From: a virus
Lineage: Duplodnaviria; Caudoviricetes
Strand: one strand, 5' to 3'
IMG/VR virus record: IMGVR_UViG_3300020577_007420
Coordinates: 1-64,000 of that record
DNA: 64,000 nucleotides
The position numbers were made by a program, and so were the translations under genes. This document shows positions 38,666 to 47,645 of the stretch, piece after piece (the first letter of the stretch is position 1; every line of letters starts with the position of its first letter). A model generated the notes under the pieces. It saw only the letters and a program-made list of their open reading frames with translations, did no database searches and had not been told where the DNA came from.

Positions 38666-38860
38666 TTGAAAGTAACAATTCTTGAAAATGGACCTGCTAT
38701 TATTGAGGCAGAAGGAAATTTAGAAATTTTGAGTCCAGTACCTCCTGCAAATGAGTTTGCCAAAAAGGTAGCTATCTGCAGATGTGGAAGGTCACAAAAT
38801 GGTGTATGGTGTGATGGAAGTCACTCCAAAAAGAAGGAAGAAAATAAAACACAAGAGTAA
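38666..38860 (+). CDS. CDGSH iron-sulfur domain protein
   Basis: [17 protein letters not shown] motif; TTG start. Confidence 0.8.
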   Translation: MKVTILENGPAIIEAEGNLEILSPVPPANEFAKKVAICRCGRSQNGVWCDGSHSKKKEENKTQE

Positions 38861-38861
38861 T

Positions 38862-39929
38862 ATGGCAAAAGCAAAAGAACCAAAAAATGATGGAAAACTC
38901 TCAAAGATTGAGCTGATAAAGCAAAAACTTGAGAAAGATTACGGAAAGGGTGCTCTTATAGGAGCAAAGGATAAACCTGTAGCACATGACTTTGTATCTA
39001 CAGGTTCTCTTGGATTGAATTTGGCACTTGGGATTGGTGGACTACCTAAGGGAAGAATCGTAGAGATTTATGGACCAGAGAGTAGTGGTAAAACTACACT
39101 GTGCCTTGAGGTAATTGCAGAAGCTCATAGAGCAGATGAAAATATTCACTGTGCTATTATAGATGCAGAGCATGCAATTGACTTGGGATATGCAGAGAAA
39201 TTAGGTGTAGATTTGGATAGGTTAGAGATTGCTCAACCTGACCACGGTGAACAAGCCTTGGATATTGCAGAAAAGGTAATTGCATCTGGAGAGTTCTCTG
39301 TAGTAGTTGTGGATAGTGTTGCCGCACTTGTTCCCAAAGCTGAGTTGGAGGGAGATATGGGAGATAGTAATATGGGTAAACAAGCTCGTCTCATGTCTCA
39401 GGCAATGAGAAAGTTAACTGGGGTTGTAGCAAAAACCAATACTCTTCTTATCTTTACAAATCAGATGCGTGATAAGATTGGGGTTATGTTTGGTAGTCCT
39501 GAAACAACTACTGGAGGAAATGCCCTAAAGTATTATGCATCTGTAAGATTGGATGTACGAAGAAGTATTACTAAGGAAAATAGTGTAATGGATGGTGAGA
39601 CAAAGATTGGTAATCAGGTTACTGTAAAGGTTATCAAGAATAAGGTTGCACCTCCCTTTAGACAAGCACAATTTGATATCTTATATGGAGAAGGAATTGA
39701 TACAGCGGGTGAACTACTGGATATGGCAATTGAAGCAGATGTCATCTCCAAATCTGGAGCTTGGTTCTCTTACAATGATACTAATATTGCACAAGGTAGG
39801 GAAGCTGCTAGGACTCTCCTAAAAGATAATGAGGAGATGGCTGAGGAGATTAAGGAAAAGATTATTAATTCATTTAAACCAGTAGAATTTAAGGCTACAC
39901 AGAAGGAGGTTGAAGATGCAACAGTTTAA
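38862..39929 (+). CDS. recA: RecA recombinase
   Basis: [34 protein letters not shown] and [12 protein letters not shown] motifs; ATG at 38862. Confidence 0.95.
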   Translation: MAKAKEPKNDGKLSKIELIKQKLEKDYGKGALIGAKDKPVAHDFVSTGSLGLNLALGIGGLPKGRIVEIYGPESSGKTTLCLEVIAEAHRADENIHCAIIDAEHAIDLGYAEKLGVDLDRLEIAQPDHGEQALDIAEKVIASGEFSVVVVDSVAALVPKAELEGDMGDSNMGKQARLMSQAMRKLTGVVAKTNTLLIFTNQMRDKIGVMFGSPETTTGGNALKYYASVRLDVRRSITKENSVMDGETKIGNQVTVKVIKNKVAPPFRQAQFDILYGEGIDTAGELLDMAIEADVISKSGAWFSYNDTNIAQGREAARTLLKDNEEMAEEIKEKIINSFKPVEFKATQKEVEDATV

Positions 39930-39974
39930 TGAGAAAAATTTGGCAGTTTAATGATTATTTCGTATATTGGACTT

Positions 39975-40517
39975 ATGGAAGTAATATATAAAATAACGAA
40001 TATAGTTACACAGCAGTGTTATATTGGGTCAGCTATTAATTTTCAAAAAAGGAAGATAAAACACTTACATCACCTGAGAAAAGGTAATCATCATTCTTTA
40101 TACCTACAAAATGCATGGAATAAGTATGGCGAGAGCAATTTTTTGTTCGAGGTTATTACAAAATGCCCAAAAGAATATCTGATAAAACTAGAACAATGGT
40201 TCATAGATACTTTGAAACCTGTTTATAATATGACAAATATAGCTGGTAAGAATATTAATACTGGTAGAAAGTTCTCAGATGAACACAGAGATAGAATTTC
40301 AAAGGCAAGAAAAGGAAGTACAATTCCAAAAGCTCAGAGAATCAAGATGGCTGAGGTGAAGAAAAAACGAGTATTACAATATGACAAAGTTGGAAACTTC
40401 ATAAAAGAATGGCCAAGTATGAAAGAAGCCGAACAAACATTAGGTTTATATTCTATATCTAATGCTTGTTCAGGAAGAAATAAAACAATAGGAGGATTTA
40501 TATGGAAGAAAAAATAG
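39975..40517 (+). CDS. Free-standing GIY-YIG homing endonuclease
   Basis: VIYKITN...CYIGS motif with NUMOD3/NUMOD1-like tail; promoter TTTG-N20-TATATTGG at 39939-39970. Confidence 0.85.
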   Translation: MEVIYKITNIVTQQCYIGSAINFQKRKIKHLHHLRKGNHHSLYLQNAWNKYGESNFLFEVITKCPKEYLIKLEQWFIDTLKPVYNMTNIAGKNINTGRKFSDEHRDRISKARKGSTIPKAQRIKMAEVKKKRVLQYDKVGNFIKEWPSMKEAEQTLGLYSISNACSGRNKTIGGFIWKKK

Positions 40518-40831
40518 AATTTTTCAATCAATATCAGGAATTTGTGAAAGGCATGAAGGTGTATCCTGAGAAATATGCTATCATCTATCCAGCCTTAGGT
40601 ATTGCAGGTGAAGGTGGAGAGGTAGCTGAGAAGGTGAAAAAGTGGCTTAGAGGAGACAGAGAGCTTGACAAGCTCGAATTACTGAAGGAAGCAGGTGATG
40701 TACTTTGGTATCTGGCCAGTATGGCAGATGACTTAGGATATACCCTACAGGATTTAGTAAACGAAAATGTCAAAAAGCTAAGCAGCAGAAAGGAACGAGG
40801 AGTTCAGAAAGGTAATGGAGATAATCGCTAA
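40502..40831 (+). CDS. mazG: MazG-like nucleotide pyrophosphohydrolase
   Basis: GIAGEGGEVAEKVKK...EAGDVLWY motif. Confidence 0.85.
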   Translation: MEEKIEFFNQYQEFVKGMKVYPEKYAIIYPALGIAGEGGEVAEKVKKWLRGDRELDKLELLKEAGDVLWYLASMADDLGYTLQDLVNENVKKLSSRKERGVQKGNGDNR

Positions 40832-40871
40832 ATAAATTTGGAAATATCGGTTAATTTCCGACCTTTGTCTT

Positions 40872-41366
40872 ATGGAAAATTGGATATGGATACAAGGTTA
40901 CAAGTATGATTACTATGTAAGTGATAAAGGTAATGTAACTAACCGACATGGAAAAGTTTTAACACCTGTTCTTGACAAAGATGGTTATTTCAGAATAAGA
41001 TTAGTGGATAGTAATGGTGTCCGAAAGTTCAGAGCAATACATAGACTTGTAGCTCAGTACTTTATCGGGCACCATTGCTTTGATACTATGACTGTAAATC
41101 ATAAGGATGGAAACAAGCAGAATAATATTGCTGAAAACCTTGAGATTATTACAAATTCTGAGAACATAAAACATGCATATGCTAATAACTTAAAAAATAA
41201 TAAAGGTGAGGCTCATGGTAAGGCTCGGTTTACAGAAGTTGATATTAACAATATCAGAGATATGTATGCTAACGGAAAGAAACAAGTAGAGATAGCCAAG
41301 TTGTTTAAGACAACACAACCTCGAATTTATGAAATAGTTAATAGGATAACATGGAGTCATCTATAA
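40872..41366 (+). CDS. NUMOD4-HNH homing endonuclease
   Basis: YYVSDKGNV, IHRLVA and VNHKDGNKQNN..NLE motifs. Confidence 0.88.
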   Translation: MENWIWIQGYKYDYYVSDKGNVTNRHGKVLTPVLDKDGYFRIRLVDSNGVRKFRAIHRLVAQYFIGHHCFDTMTVNHKDGNKQNNIAENLEIITNSENIKHAYANNLKNNKGEAHGKARFTEVDINNIRDMYANGKKQVEIAKLFKTTQPRIYEIVNRITWSHL

Positions 41367-41379
41367 CAGATAAATAAAC

Positions 41380-41417
41380 ACTCCCTCTGGCTGAGAGGTC
41401 AGGGGGAGTTTTCTTTT
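41380..41417 (+). terminator. Intrinsic terminator
   Basis: ACTCCCTCTGGC-loop-GTCAGGGGGAGT followed by a T-rich tract. Confidence 0.7.
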
Positions 41418-41420
41418 ATT

Positions 41421-41606
41421 ATGAATTGGGTACAAATAAATGAACGTCTCTTTGAGTTAGAGAAAAGAGAAAAATCCTCAAAGGAGATGGAAGAATGGAA
41501 TAAGTTATTATCTTTGAATGTTGCGGGAATAATTAAAAGAAAGAAAATAAGTGAAGAAGATATCAGAAAAGCAAAAAAAGAAGAACGAGGAGAAAAAACG
41601 ACTTAA
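41421..41606 (+). CDS. Hypothetical protein
   Basis: ORF track. Confidence 0.45.
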   Translation: MNWVQINERLFELEKREKSSKEMEEWNKLLSLNVAGIIKRKKISEEDIRKAKKEERGEKTT

Positions 41607-41916
41607 TCAGATTATGCTCTCTGTCTTTATGGATATATGGCACAAGAGAAGACACTATTCGGAGATATCTGGTAGATGGTTAGGTAAGGAACCTCTTACT
41701 ATCTTCTTCCATCATATTCTTCCCAAAAGCAAATATCCTGATGCAGCATTCGATGAGGAGAATATTATTCTTCTCACAGGAGATGAGCACACAAAGGTCG
41801 AGAATGACCCAACCTTCTATCCTGAGATAAATGATAGAAGAGAAAAATTAAAGCAAAAGTATGGAAAAAATAATAGAGGTAATAAAGAAAGTGCCAGAGG
41901 GACAGTATTGGAGTAA
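41551..41916 (+). CDS. HNH-like (NinG-type) nuclease
   Basis: FHHILPKSKYP...ENIILL...EH motif. Confidence 0.6.
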   Translation: MKKISEKQKKKNEEKKRLNQIMLSVFMDIWHKRRHYSEISGRWLGKEPLTIFFHHILPKSKYPDAAFDEENIILLTGDEHTKVENDPTFYPEINDRREKLKQKYGKNNRGNKESARGTVLE

Positions 41917-42493
41917 ATCCGAGAACTTTCTGCTTCCTCTGACAGGACTTTCTAAATCTCATAAGTTTCCAATAAAAACATACCTGTTTTGGAGAGACTA
42001 CTCTATCGAAGATTATCAACTTATAGTTGTATTTTCTTATGACAAGTATGAGGAATTTCTTGTATATTGCAATAGGATAGTATTTCCTATTCTTGATAAA
42101 AATCTCTATTGCATAGAGTCTTATGACTTTGATAAAGAGAGCATATTTATACTAGATTTATCAGAGTGGGCTCTGGATATAGAGATGTTCTTAAAGGGTA
42201 AATATTCTAAGTTCTCAAGAGATGCCAAGGAAAAGATTGTAGAGTATCATACATATTTTGATAAAGGTGCAAAGATTCCAATTGAAGTATCAGTTGTAAT
42301 TGAGCCTAATGTAAAGTATGGATTACTTGGAGGAGTTACTGCACTGGAGTATGTATCAGATAAATATGGTATTCCTTATGAGCACATTAAGGAAATTGGT
42401 GAGTTGGGGAATATTTATGAAAAAGAAAAAGAAACATTGAATGACTATCTTATTACAGAAGAAGGAAGTACACTTCAGCAATCCAACTCTTGA
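41861..42493 (+). CDS. Hypothetical protein
   Basis: ORF track. Confidence 0.7.
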   Translation: MEKIIEVIKKVPEGQYWSKSENFLLPLTGLSKSHKFPIKTYLFWRDYSIEDYQLIVVFSYDKYEEFLVYCNRIVFPILDKNLYCIESYDFDKESIFILDLSEWALDIEMFLKGKYSKFSRDAKEKIVEYHTYFDKGAKIPIEVSVVIEPNVKYGLLGGVTALEYVSDKYGIPYEHIKEIGELGNIYEKEKETLNDYLITEEGSTLQQSNS

Positions 42494-42561
42494 GGAATTG
42501 GCTTATGGAGTAATGTACATTAGAAGCAAACCAGAATTTGATAATTTTAAAGTGATGATAG

Positions 42562-42876
42562 ATGGATTTGACGAGAACACAACTATTGAAGGGGGAATAC
42601 ATATATCCAAAGGACCTGATATACCTCAAACCGACTAAACATTTTGTTGAGAGGCTTGAGCAAAGAGGTTTGGGATTAGAATGTATTCCAACAATGGTAA
42701 GAGTCACAAAAGATAATGTGCACTCTGCCAAAACAGATAATGGAAAGGAGTTGAGAAGTGTTGTGGTGAGACTTAAATATAGCAGTACCAGATACATTTT
42801 TCTCTGCTTCAATCCATTTGACGGGAGCCTAAAAACCCTCTGGTTTAGGGACAAAAACAAAAAGGGGAGCCAATAG
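42562..42876 (+). CDS. Hypothetical protein
   Basis: ORF track; last gene of the + strand arm. Confidence 0.55.
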   Translation: MDLTRTQLLKGEYIYPKDLIYLKPTKHFVERLEQRGLGLECIPTMVRVTKDNVHSAKTDNGKELRSVVVRLKYSSTRYIFLCFNPFDGSLKTLWFRDKNKKGSQ

Positions 42877-42892
42877 CTCCCCTTCTTTTTTT
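42859..42892. terminator. Bidirectional terminator between convergent genome arms
   Basis: A run-GGGGAGC-loop-GCTCCCC-T run located at the strand switch. Confidence 0.8.
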
Positions 42893-42917
42893 CCCCACAA
42901 CTTCCGATTAAGGAGTT

Positions 42918-43077
42918 GTTGTAGTGGTAGTTGTTGATGAGGTTGATGTGGTAGTAGTTGTTTCTACAATCTCTGTGATATCTACCCAAACAGTACCGTT
43001 GTAGTGGTAGTTGTTGAGGTAGTAGTTGTAGTTGTTTCTACAATCTCTGTGATATCTACCCAAGCAGTACCGTTGTA
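42918..43077. repeat. Imperfect tandem duplication (about 74-80 nt unit)
   Basis: TAGTTGTTTCTACAATCTCTGTGATATCTACCCAA(A/G)CAGTACCGTTGTA at 42955 and 43029. Confidence 0.85.
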
Positions 43078-43320
43078 CTTCTCCATTCTCTTTAGAGACT
43101 CGTTCCATCTTACTGGATAGGTAATATCAGCAGCCTCTTCACAGCAATCGTCGTAAAACGGTACGTGAAGTTTGTTAAGATATTCCCAGAACATCTTTCT
43201 GAAACCAAAAAAACCTTTTGTCCAACCTCTTTTGTTTCTATCAGAGGTATTAAACTCTCTGATTAGACCTTTGTCTAGACCTTTGTCTTTCATAATTATA
43301 GCATGCATTTGTATCGCCAA
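42982..43320 (-). CDS. Small protein with Thr-rich C-terminal tail
   Basis: ORF track; DCC motif and TTTTTTSTTTTTT. Confidence 0.7.
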   Translation of the reverse strand: MAIQMHAIIMKDKGLDKGLIREFNTSDRNKRGWTKGFFGFRKMFWEYLNKLHVPFYDDCCEEAADITYPVRWNESLKRMEKYNGTAWVDITEIVETTTTTTSTTTTTTVLFG

Positions 43321-43352
43321 TGCAAGAAGCGTTTAAATTATTTATATTATAA

Positions 43353-43724
43353 TTATTCACATATTATTTCTACAAACAATACCCATGTATCAGTAATATT
43401 AACTGCTGGATTAGTTGCAACTAAATTATCATTAACAATGCTAAAAGTAAATCCAGTATTTAAGAAGTGTGCATTTATATCTACTAAGTAGTCTTCCCAA
43501 GTGGTTGAGCCATTACCTAGTGTTGATAATGGAACAATTGTCATACTATTTAGTTGCAATCTTATAATGATATAACACGGTGGTACAAATTCACCAAGAT
43601 TTTCGGAATTAACCAAAGTGACAGGAATAGTTCTACAACTACAACATATTTTTCTTTTTAATTTGTTGATATATCTCTCTATATCTGCTCTTGTTGAGTT
43701 ATATACATCTATTTTTGCTGCCAT
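43353..43724 (-). CDS. Hypothetical protein with CCSC motif
   Basis: ORF track. Confidence 0.65.
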   Translation of the reverse strand: MAAKIDVYNSTRADIERYINKLKRKICCSCRTIPVTLVNSENLGEFVPPCYIIIRLQLNSMTIVPLSTLGNGSTTWEDYLVDINAHFLNTGFTFSIVNDNLVATNPAVNITDTWVLFVEIICE

Positions 43725-43725
43725 T

Positions 43726-44277
43726 TTACGGAATTATACTTTCGTATTTAATAAGTATTTGAGCTATGGCACGGGCTAATTCCTTCTTTCTACTATTATA
43801 CTTGGCTAAATCATCCTCATTAGAGATGAATGCCAATTCAAGAAGACATACTAATCCATCTTCCTTCATTAGAGCAAGACGTTTGTGACGTGTGTCAGCT
43901 TCTGTTTTTACACCTCTATTTTTAATACCCAAGATGGATGATGTGGTATCAACCAGTTCTTTGGCAAAAGCTTTGTCTAAACGGTCAGCATCTATCTCTA
44001 TAAGAGAAGTAGAACCTGTAGCCGTTGATGGACCAGCATCGAAGTGAAATTCTAATACTACAGAACCGTTACCTGTTTGAATACGGTTTACGTACTGTTG
44101 CAGGGTTTCAGTATCAATATCCTTCTTATGAGGAGCTCCTAATATTGTAAGCTCGTGGCTTACTAAATCTCTAAATTCAATAGTCAAATCACCCTCTTTA
44201 ACCCCATTTTGGGAGATTGCCCCGGGGTCAGGATTTACCGGATGTTTACTATGATGTCCTGCTGATATAAATAACAT
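43726..44277 (-). CDS. N-acetylmuramoyl-L-alanine amidase (Amidase_3) endolysin
   Basis: ISAGH, EGDL, EFHFDA and LLELAFISN zinc-amidase motifs. Confidence 0.88.
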   Translation of the reverse strand: MLFISAGHHSKHPVNPDPGAISQNGVKEGDLTIEFRDLVSHELTILGAPHKKDIDTETLQQYVNRIQTGNGSVVLEFHFDAGPSTATGSTSLIEIDADRLDKAFAKELVDTTSSILGIKNRGVKTEADTRHKRLALMKEDGLVCLLELAFISNEDDLAKYNSRKKELARAIAQILIKYESIIP

Positions 44278-44325
44278 ATATTTAACTTTTAAATTTCCAA
44301 ATATATCCTCCTGCTGATATAAAAA

Positions 44326-44574
44326 TCATACGTCTCCTCCTTCTTGTTTTTCTTCTGTTTTTGTGATTTCTGGCTTATTTATTCCTAGCCACTTCTCTAC
44401 AAACTTCTCAATACTTCGAGGAGTATAAAGTAGTATGGTTCCCATTACGAAACCAGCTATGCCTTCCCAGATGAATGGGATAGCAGAAGCAAATACCAGT
44501 AATAATGTTGCCAATAATACTAATATTCCGATTAAGGACGATATCCATCCTTTTATTACATTAAGTACTTTCAT
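44326..44574 (-). CDS. Putative holin
   Basis: Two hydrophobic segments and a charged C-terminus; adjacent to the amidase. Confidence 0.55.
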   Translation of the reverse strand: MKVLNVIKGWISSLIGILVLLATLLLVFASAIPFIWEGIAGFVMGTILLYTPRSIEKFVEKWLGINKPEITKTEEKQEGGDV

Positions 44575-44584
44575 ATATAAAAGT

Positions 44585-44872
44585 TTATTCTATCAGCTTT
44601 GCCAGCTTTTCCTGTAAGTGCTCAATTTCTTGTCTAAGTCTATCATTTTCAGACCTTAATTCATTTACTAAAATCCTCAGTTCATCAACCTCTCTTTTAA
44701 GGTCTTCTGCCAGATTTCTCCAGATAGCAACAGCTTTTTCTGTTGCGTCTAGCTCACTAAATTGAGCCTGTGCAGCAGTAACTCTTGTTTCTGCGTCCTG
44801 TTTTTTCTTCCCAAGAAAATAGCCTACTACCATGGTGGCAATGCTGACTGCCCCACTAACGATTAGTTCCAT
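44585..44872 (-). CDS. Membrane-anchored coiled-coil protein (holin/spanin-like)
   Basis: N-terminal transmembrane segment followed by a heptad coiled coil; in lysis cassette. Confidence 0.55.
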   Translation of the reverse strand: MELIVSGAVSIATMVVGYFLGKKKQDAETRVTAAQAQFSELDATEKAVAIWRNLAEDLKREVDELRILVNELRSENDRLRQEIEHLQEKLAKLIE

Positions 44873-44946
44873 TCGATTGTAATTTAGAGGTTAATGATAC
44901 TATAATATAAGCTATTTCAACGATTTGTCAAAAATAACCTATTAAG

Positions 44947-45969
44947 TTATTTTACCTCTTTCATTGCCTCGACATAGAACCAAGATGCACTATCCTTCTT
45001 TACAGCATGATTTTTTCCCAGTGGAGATTTATCTATCCAGTCTCCTTTATAAAATAATCCCGGATGTCCTTTTGTGGCCCCAGCATTATGAAAGATGGGT
45101 TTCTTGTGGTACGTTTCTGCAGAATCTGTAGCCCAGCTAAAATCAAGCTCTGGTGTTACATCTGTAATCTTATTGCGTGACCATAGAGCCATATTAACGG
45201 CCCACATATCTGCACACCAGCTTTGGAATCCTTCAGCTTCAGACTTAAAGTATTTTTTATTTATGGAGTTGGGAACACTAAACGAGAAGGCTTTCCTAAT
45301 CTCAACACATTGTCTTTCTACATCTCTCCAGAAATCTCCATCTATCCCTTTTAGTATATATTGTGCTCCACCTGTCCTTCCTGTATAGGATTTTATTATA
45401 TCTACTGTTACGTTTCCTATCTTAGCCAAGGTCTCTATTGCCTCATGTTCTGGGATATTTCCCTGTTGCTCTTTTCTTCTTAGGTAATCGTAATCAAGAT
45501 AGTGAGAGGTATCTGATTGCCAGTTTATTGCACCTTCTGCAAGTGATTGAAAATCAGGAAGATAGTTAAATATGATGTCACTATCGTGGTAAAATATGAC
45601 CTCATTTTTAAGATGAGGATACATATCAAAGTGCTTAGCTAGTATCTGAGGTCTAAGCTGTGGAATATATAATCCCAAATCTACTCCCGTATCCTTATAG
45701 AAGGAAAAACTTACCTCTGGATATTTTCTAGCTAAAGCTACCCACTCATCAATCTTTATTTTCACAGGAGAGTGTCCCTGCTTTTGGAGCATTTCATTAT
45801 CTGGATACCAGACTAGTACATGCATGAGATGGGATATCTTATGCTTTCTAAAGTTTACTATATTTACCTCCACTTGCCATATAAAATATAAGTCATGAGG
45901 ACATGCTTGTATAAATTTTATATTAGATATATTTCCAGTCATATCCTCCTGCAAAGAATTTTTCTCCAT
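44947..45969 (-). CDS. Putative GT-A fold glycosyltransferase
   Basis: FYHDSDIIF (DxD), GGAQY, WCADMWA and FHNAG motifs. Confidence 0.6.
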   Translation of the reverse strand: MEKNSLQEDMTGNISNIKFIQACPHDLYFIWQVEVNIVNFRKHKISHLMHVLVWYPDNEMLQKQGHSPVKIKIDEWVALARKYPEVSFSFYKDTGVDLGLYIPQLRPQILAKHFDMYPHLKNEVIFYHDSDIIFNYLPDFQSLAEGAINWQSDTSHYLDYDYLRRKEQQGNIPEHEAIETLAKIGNVTVDIIKSYTGRTGGAQYILKGIDGDFWRDVERQCVEIRKAFSFSVPNSINKKYFKSEAEGFQSWCADMWAVNMALWSRNKITDVTPELDFSWATDSAETYHKKPIFHNAGATKGHPGLFYKGDWIDKSPLGKNHAVKKDSASWFYVEAMKEVK

Positions 45970-46504
45970 TCTTGTTGATTTTATTTGTTAAGGTAAGATG
46001 AATAGTTGAACGAGGTATTTTTAAAAATTTAGAAGCCTCAGATAATGTATCAAAAATTAATTCTTCACCTGTTAATATATTTATTGCTTTTGTTTTCTTT
46101 GAAATACTTTTATATGAACCTTTTAATATTTTTGTTTGTTTTGTTTTAAGTATTTCCTCTTTTGTTCTTTTAAACCCTTTTAAAGAATTAGAAGTTTTTA
46201 TTCTACTTTCTATTGAAGGAATATAACCAGTACTACCATCTCCACCATCTGTTAAATTTACTAATGTACCTTTTTTTAAATTTCTTCTCCCATAAAAAGA
46301 TATTAGATATTTCTCTATAACACAAGCTTCTTCCCATATTAAGTCTTTATGAGTTATTTCTACATCATAATCATATTTATTTACTATAAATTTCCACCAT
46401 CTATTTCTACTATCTTTACTATATGCTCTTTTTTCAAATTCTCCTATTCCAACATAGAATACTTCATTAGAATTTTTCTTTTTATGTATATATACTATTG
46501 CCAT
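45923..46504 (-). CDS. Free-standing GIY-YIG-like homing endonuclease
   Basis: VYIH...FYVGIG...RAY, LVNLTDGGDG and NUMOD-like tail. Confidence 0.8.
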   Translation of the reverse strand: MAIVYIHKKKNSNEVFYVGIGEFEKRAYSKDSRNRWWKFIVNKYDYDVEITHKDLIWEEACVIEKYLISFYGRRNLKKGTLVNLTDGGDGSTGYIPSIESRIKTSNSLKGFKRTKEEILKTKQTKILKGSYKSISKKTKAINILTGEELIFDTLSEASKFLKIPRSTIHLTLTNKINKNGEKFFAGGYDWKYI

Positions 46505-47223
46505 TATACTTTATAATAATGTTCTGCCCAAGATTTTGAGACTGGAGTTATTATTCCATCTCCAATATCCTTAGAATAACTTGCATAATTATTAAAATTT
46601 TCAGGATTATGGGGATTACCAGATGTCTTAAATGTTGGGATTTCCTGACTCCAGTCACATATATAAGTAGGTACTCCATCTGGGTCTACGAATATCTGCT
46701 TATCATATATAAGAGGATTTAACCATTTATGATGCTGGGCTACACTCTCATCTCCGAATCCATGCTCCTTTATATGCTTTGCATCTACAAAGATAGATGG
46801 TTCAAGTGTGTTCTCAACTAAAGTAAGTCTATTTCCAGTTTGCTTATAGTAGGACCTTTGTGGCTTATATGCCTTTTTTCCTCCCTTTATATACCCTTTT
46901 ACTCCTTCTTCTACATGATTTGGGAGAAATATATCGTCATCATCCATAAAGTTTACGATATCTACATCATCTGGAATAAACCTAATGGCATCATTATAAA
47001 TCTCACCCAACGTCCTATATGCTCTTCTTTCCTTTAAATGTGTATGATTGTTTATTAAAATAAACTTATTTGCAGGAAGATTAGTATTAAGTCTCTGTTG
47101 CTGAGGAGCATTATTATATATTAGATGCACATAGTTCTCATAAGTCTGCTCTAATACAAACCTAACAAGTCTTTCTAGCTGCTTGTGTCTATTCTTTGTT
47201 GCTGTGATGAGACATACTTTCAT
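46504..47223 (-). CDS. Glycosyltransferase family 2
   Basis: LITATKNR...LEQTY and FMDDDDIFLPNH motifs. Confidence 0.85.
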   Translation of the reverse strand: MKVCLITATKNRHKQLERLVRFVLEQTYENYVHLIYNNAPQQQRLNTNLPANKFILINNHTHLKERRAYRTLGEIYNDAIRFIPDDVDIVNFMDDDDIFLPNHVEEGVKGYIKGGKKAYKPQRSYYKQTGNRLTLVENTLEPSIFVDAKHIKEHGFGDESVAQHHKWLNPLIYDKQIFVDPDGVPTYICDWSQEIPTFKTSGNPHNPENFNNYASYSKDIGDGIITPVSKSWAEHYYKV

Positions 47224-47645
47224 TGTATAGTAATAATATTTGAAGTTAAATCAATCTTCATTCCTACCGATGCCATATGGTCAATACCTAAAATACCTCC
47301 TATTGGTAAATCTTTTACAATATACTCAATATCAGTAACATATATATCTCCATCCATCTTATGCTTGCCAAGTTTTATTGTAGATTGGTCAACTAACATA
47401 ATCTTCTTTGCTCCACCATAACCTGTTATCTCCTTTCCCCAAGATAACTTCTTGATATTCAATTTATTAACCACATCATCATCTAAGATAGTTATAGCTC
47501 CTCCTGTATCTAATATCATTTCAATAGGAACACCATCTATAGTTACAACTATTGTTGGTAAATGATATTGTCTATTTATCTGATGAGTATAGGTATCAGA
47601 TTTACAGGCTACAAATAGTAGCAATATTAGTAGTAGTTTTTTCAT
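47220..47645 (-). CDS. Retropepsin-like aspartic protease with lipoprotein signal peptide
   Basis: MKKLLLILLLFVA-C lipobox-like start; LDTGG and GILGID motifs. Confidence 0.8.
   Translation of the reverse strand: MKKLLLILLLFVACKSDTYTHQINRQYHLPTIVVTIDGVPIEMILDTGGAITILDDDVVNKLNIKKLSWGKEITGYGGAKKIMLVDQSTIKLGKHKMDGDIYVTDIEYIVKDLPIGGILGIDHMASVGMKIDLTSNIITIQ

Noticed and set aside
42918-43077. Possible CRISPR array
   Set aside because: Only two copies of a coding-sequence duplication; no spacer pattern and no cas genes.
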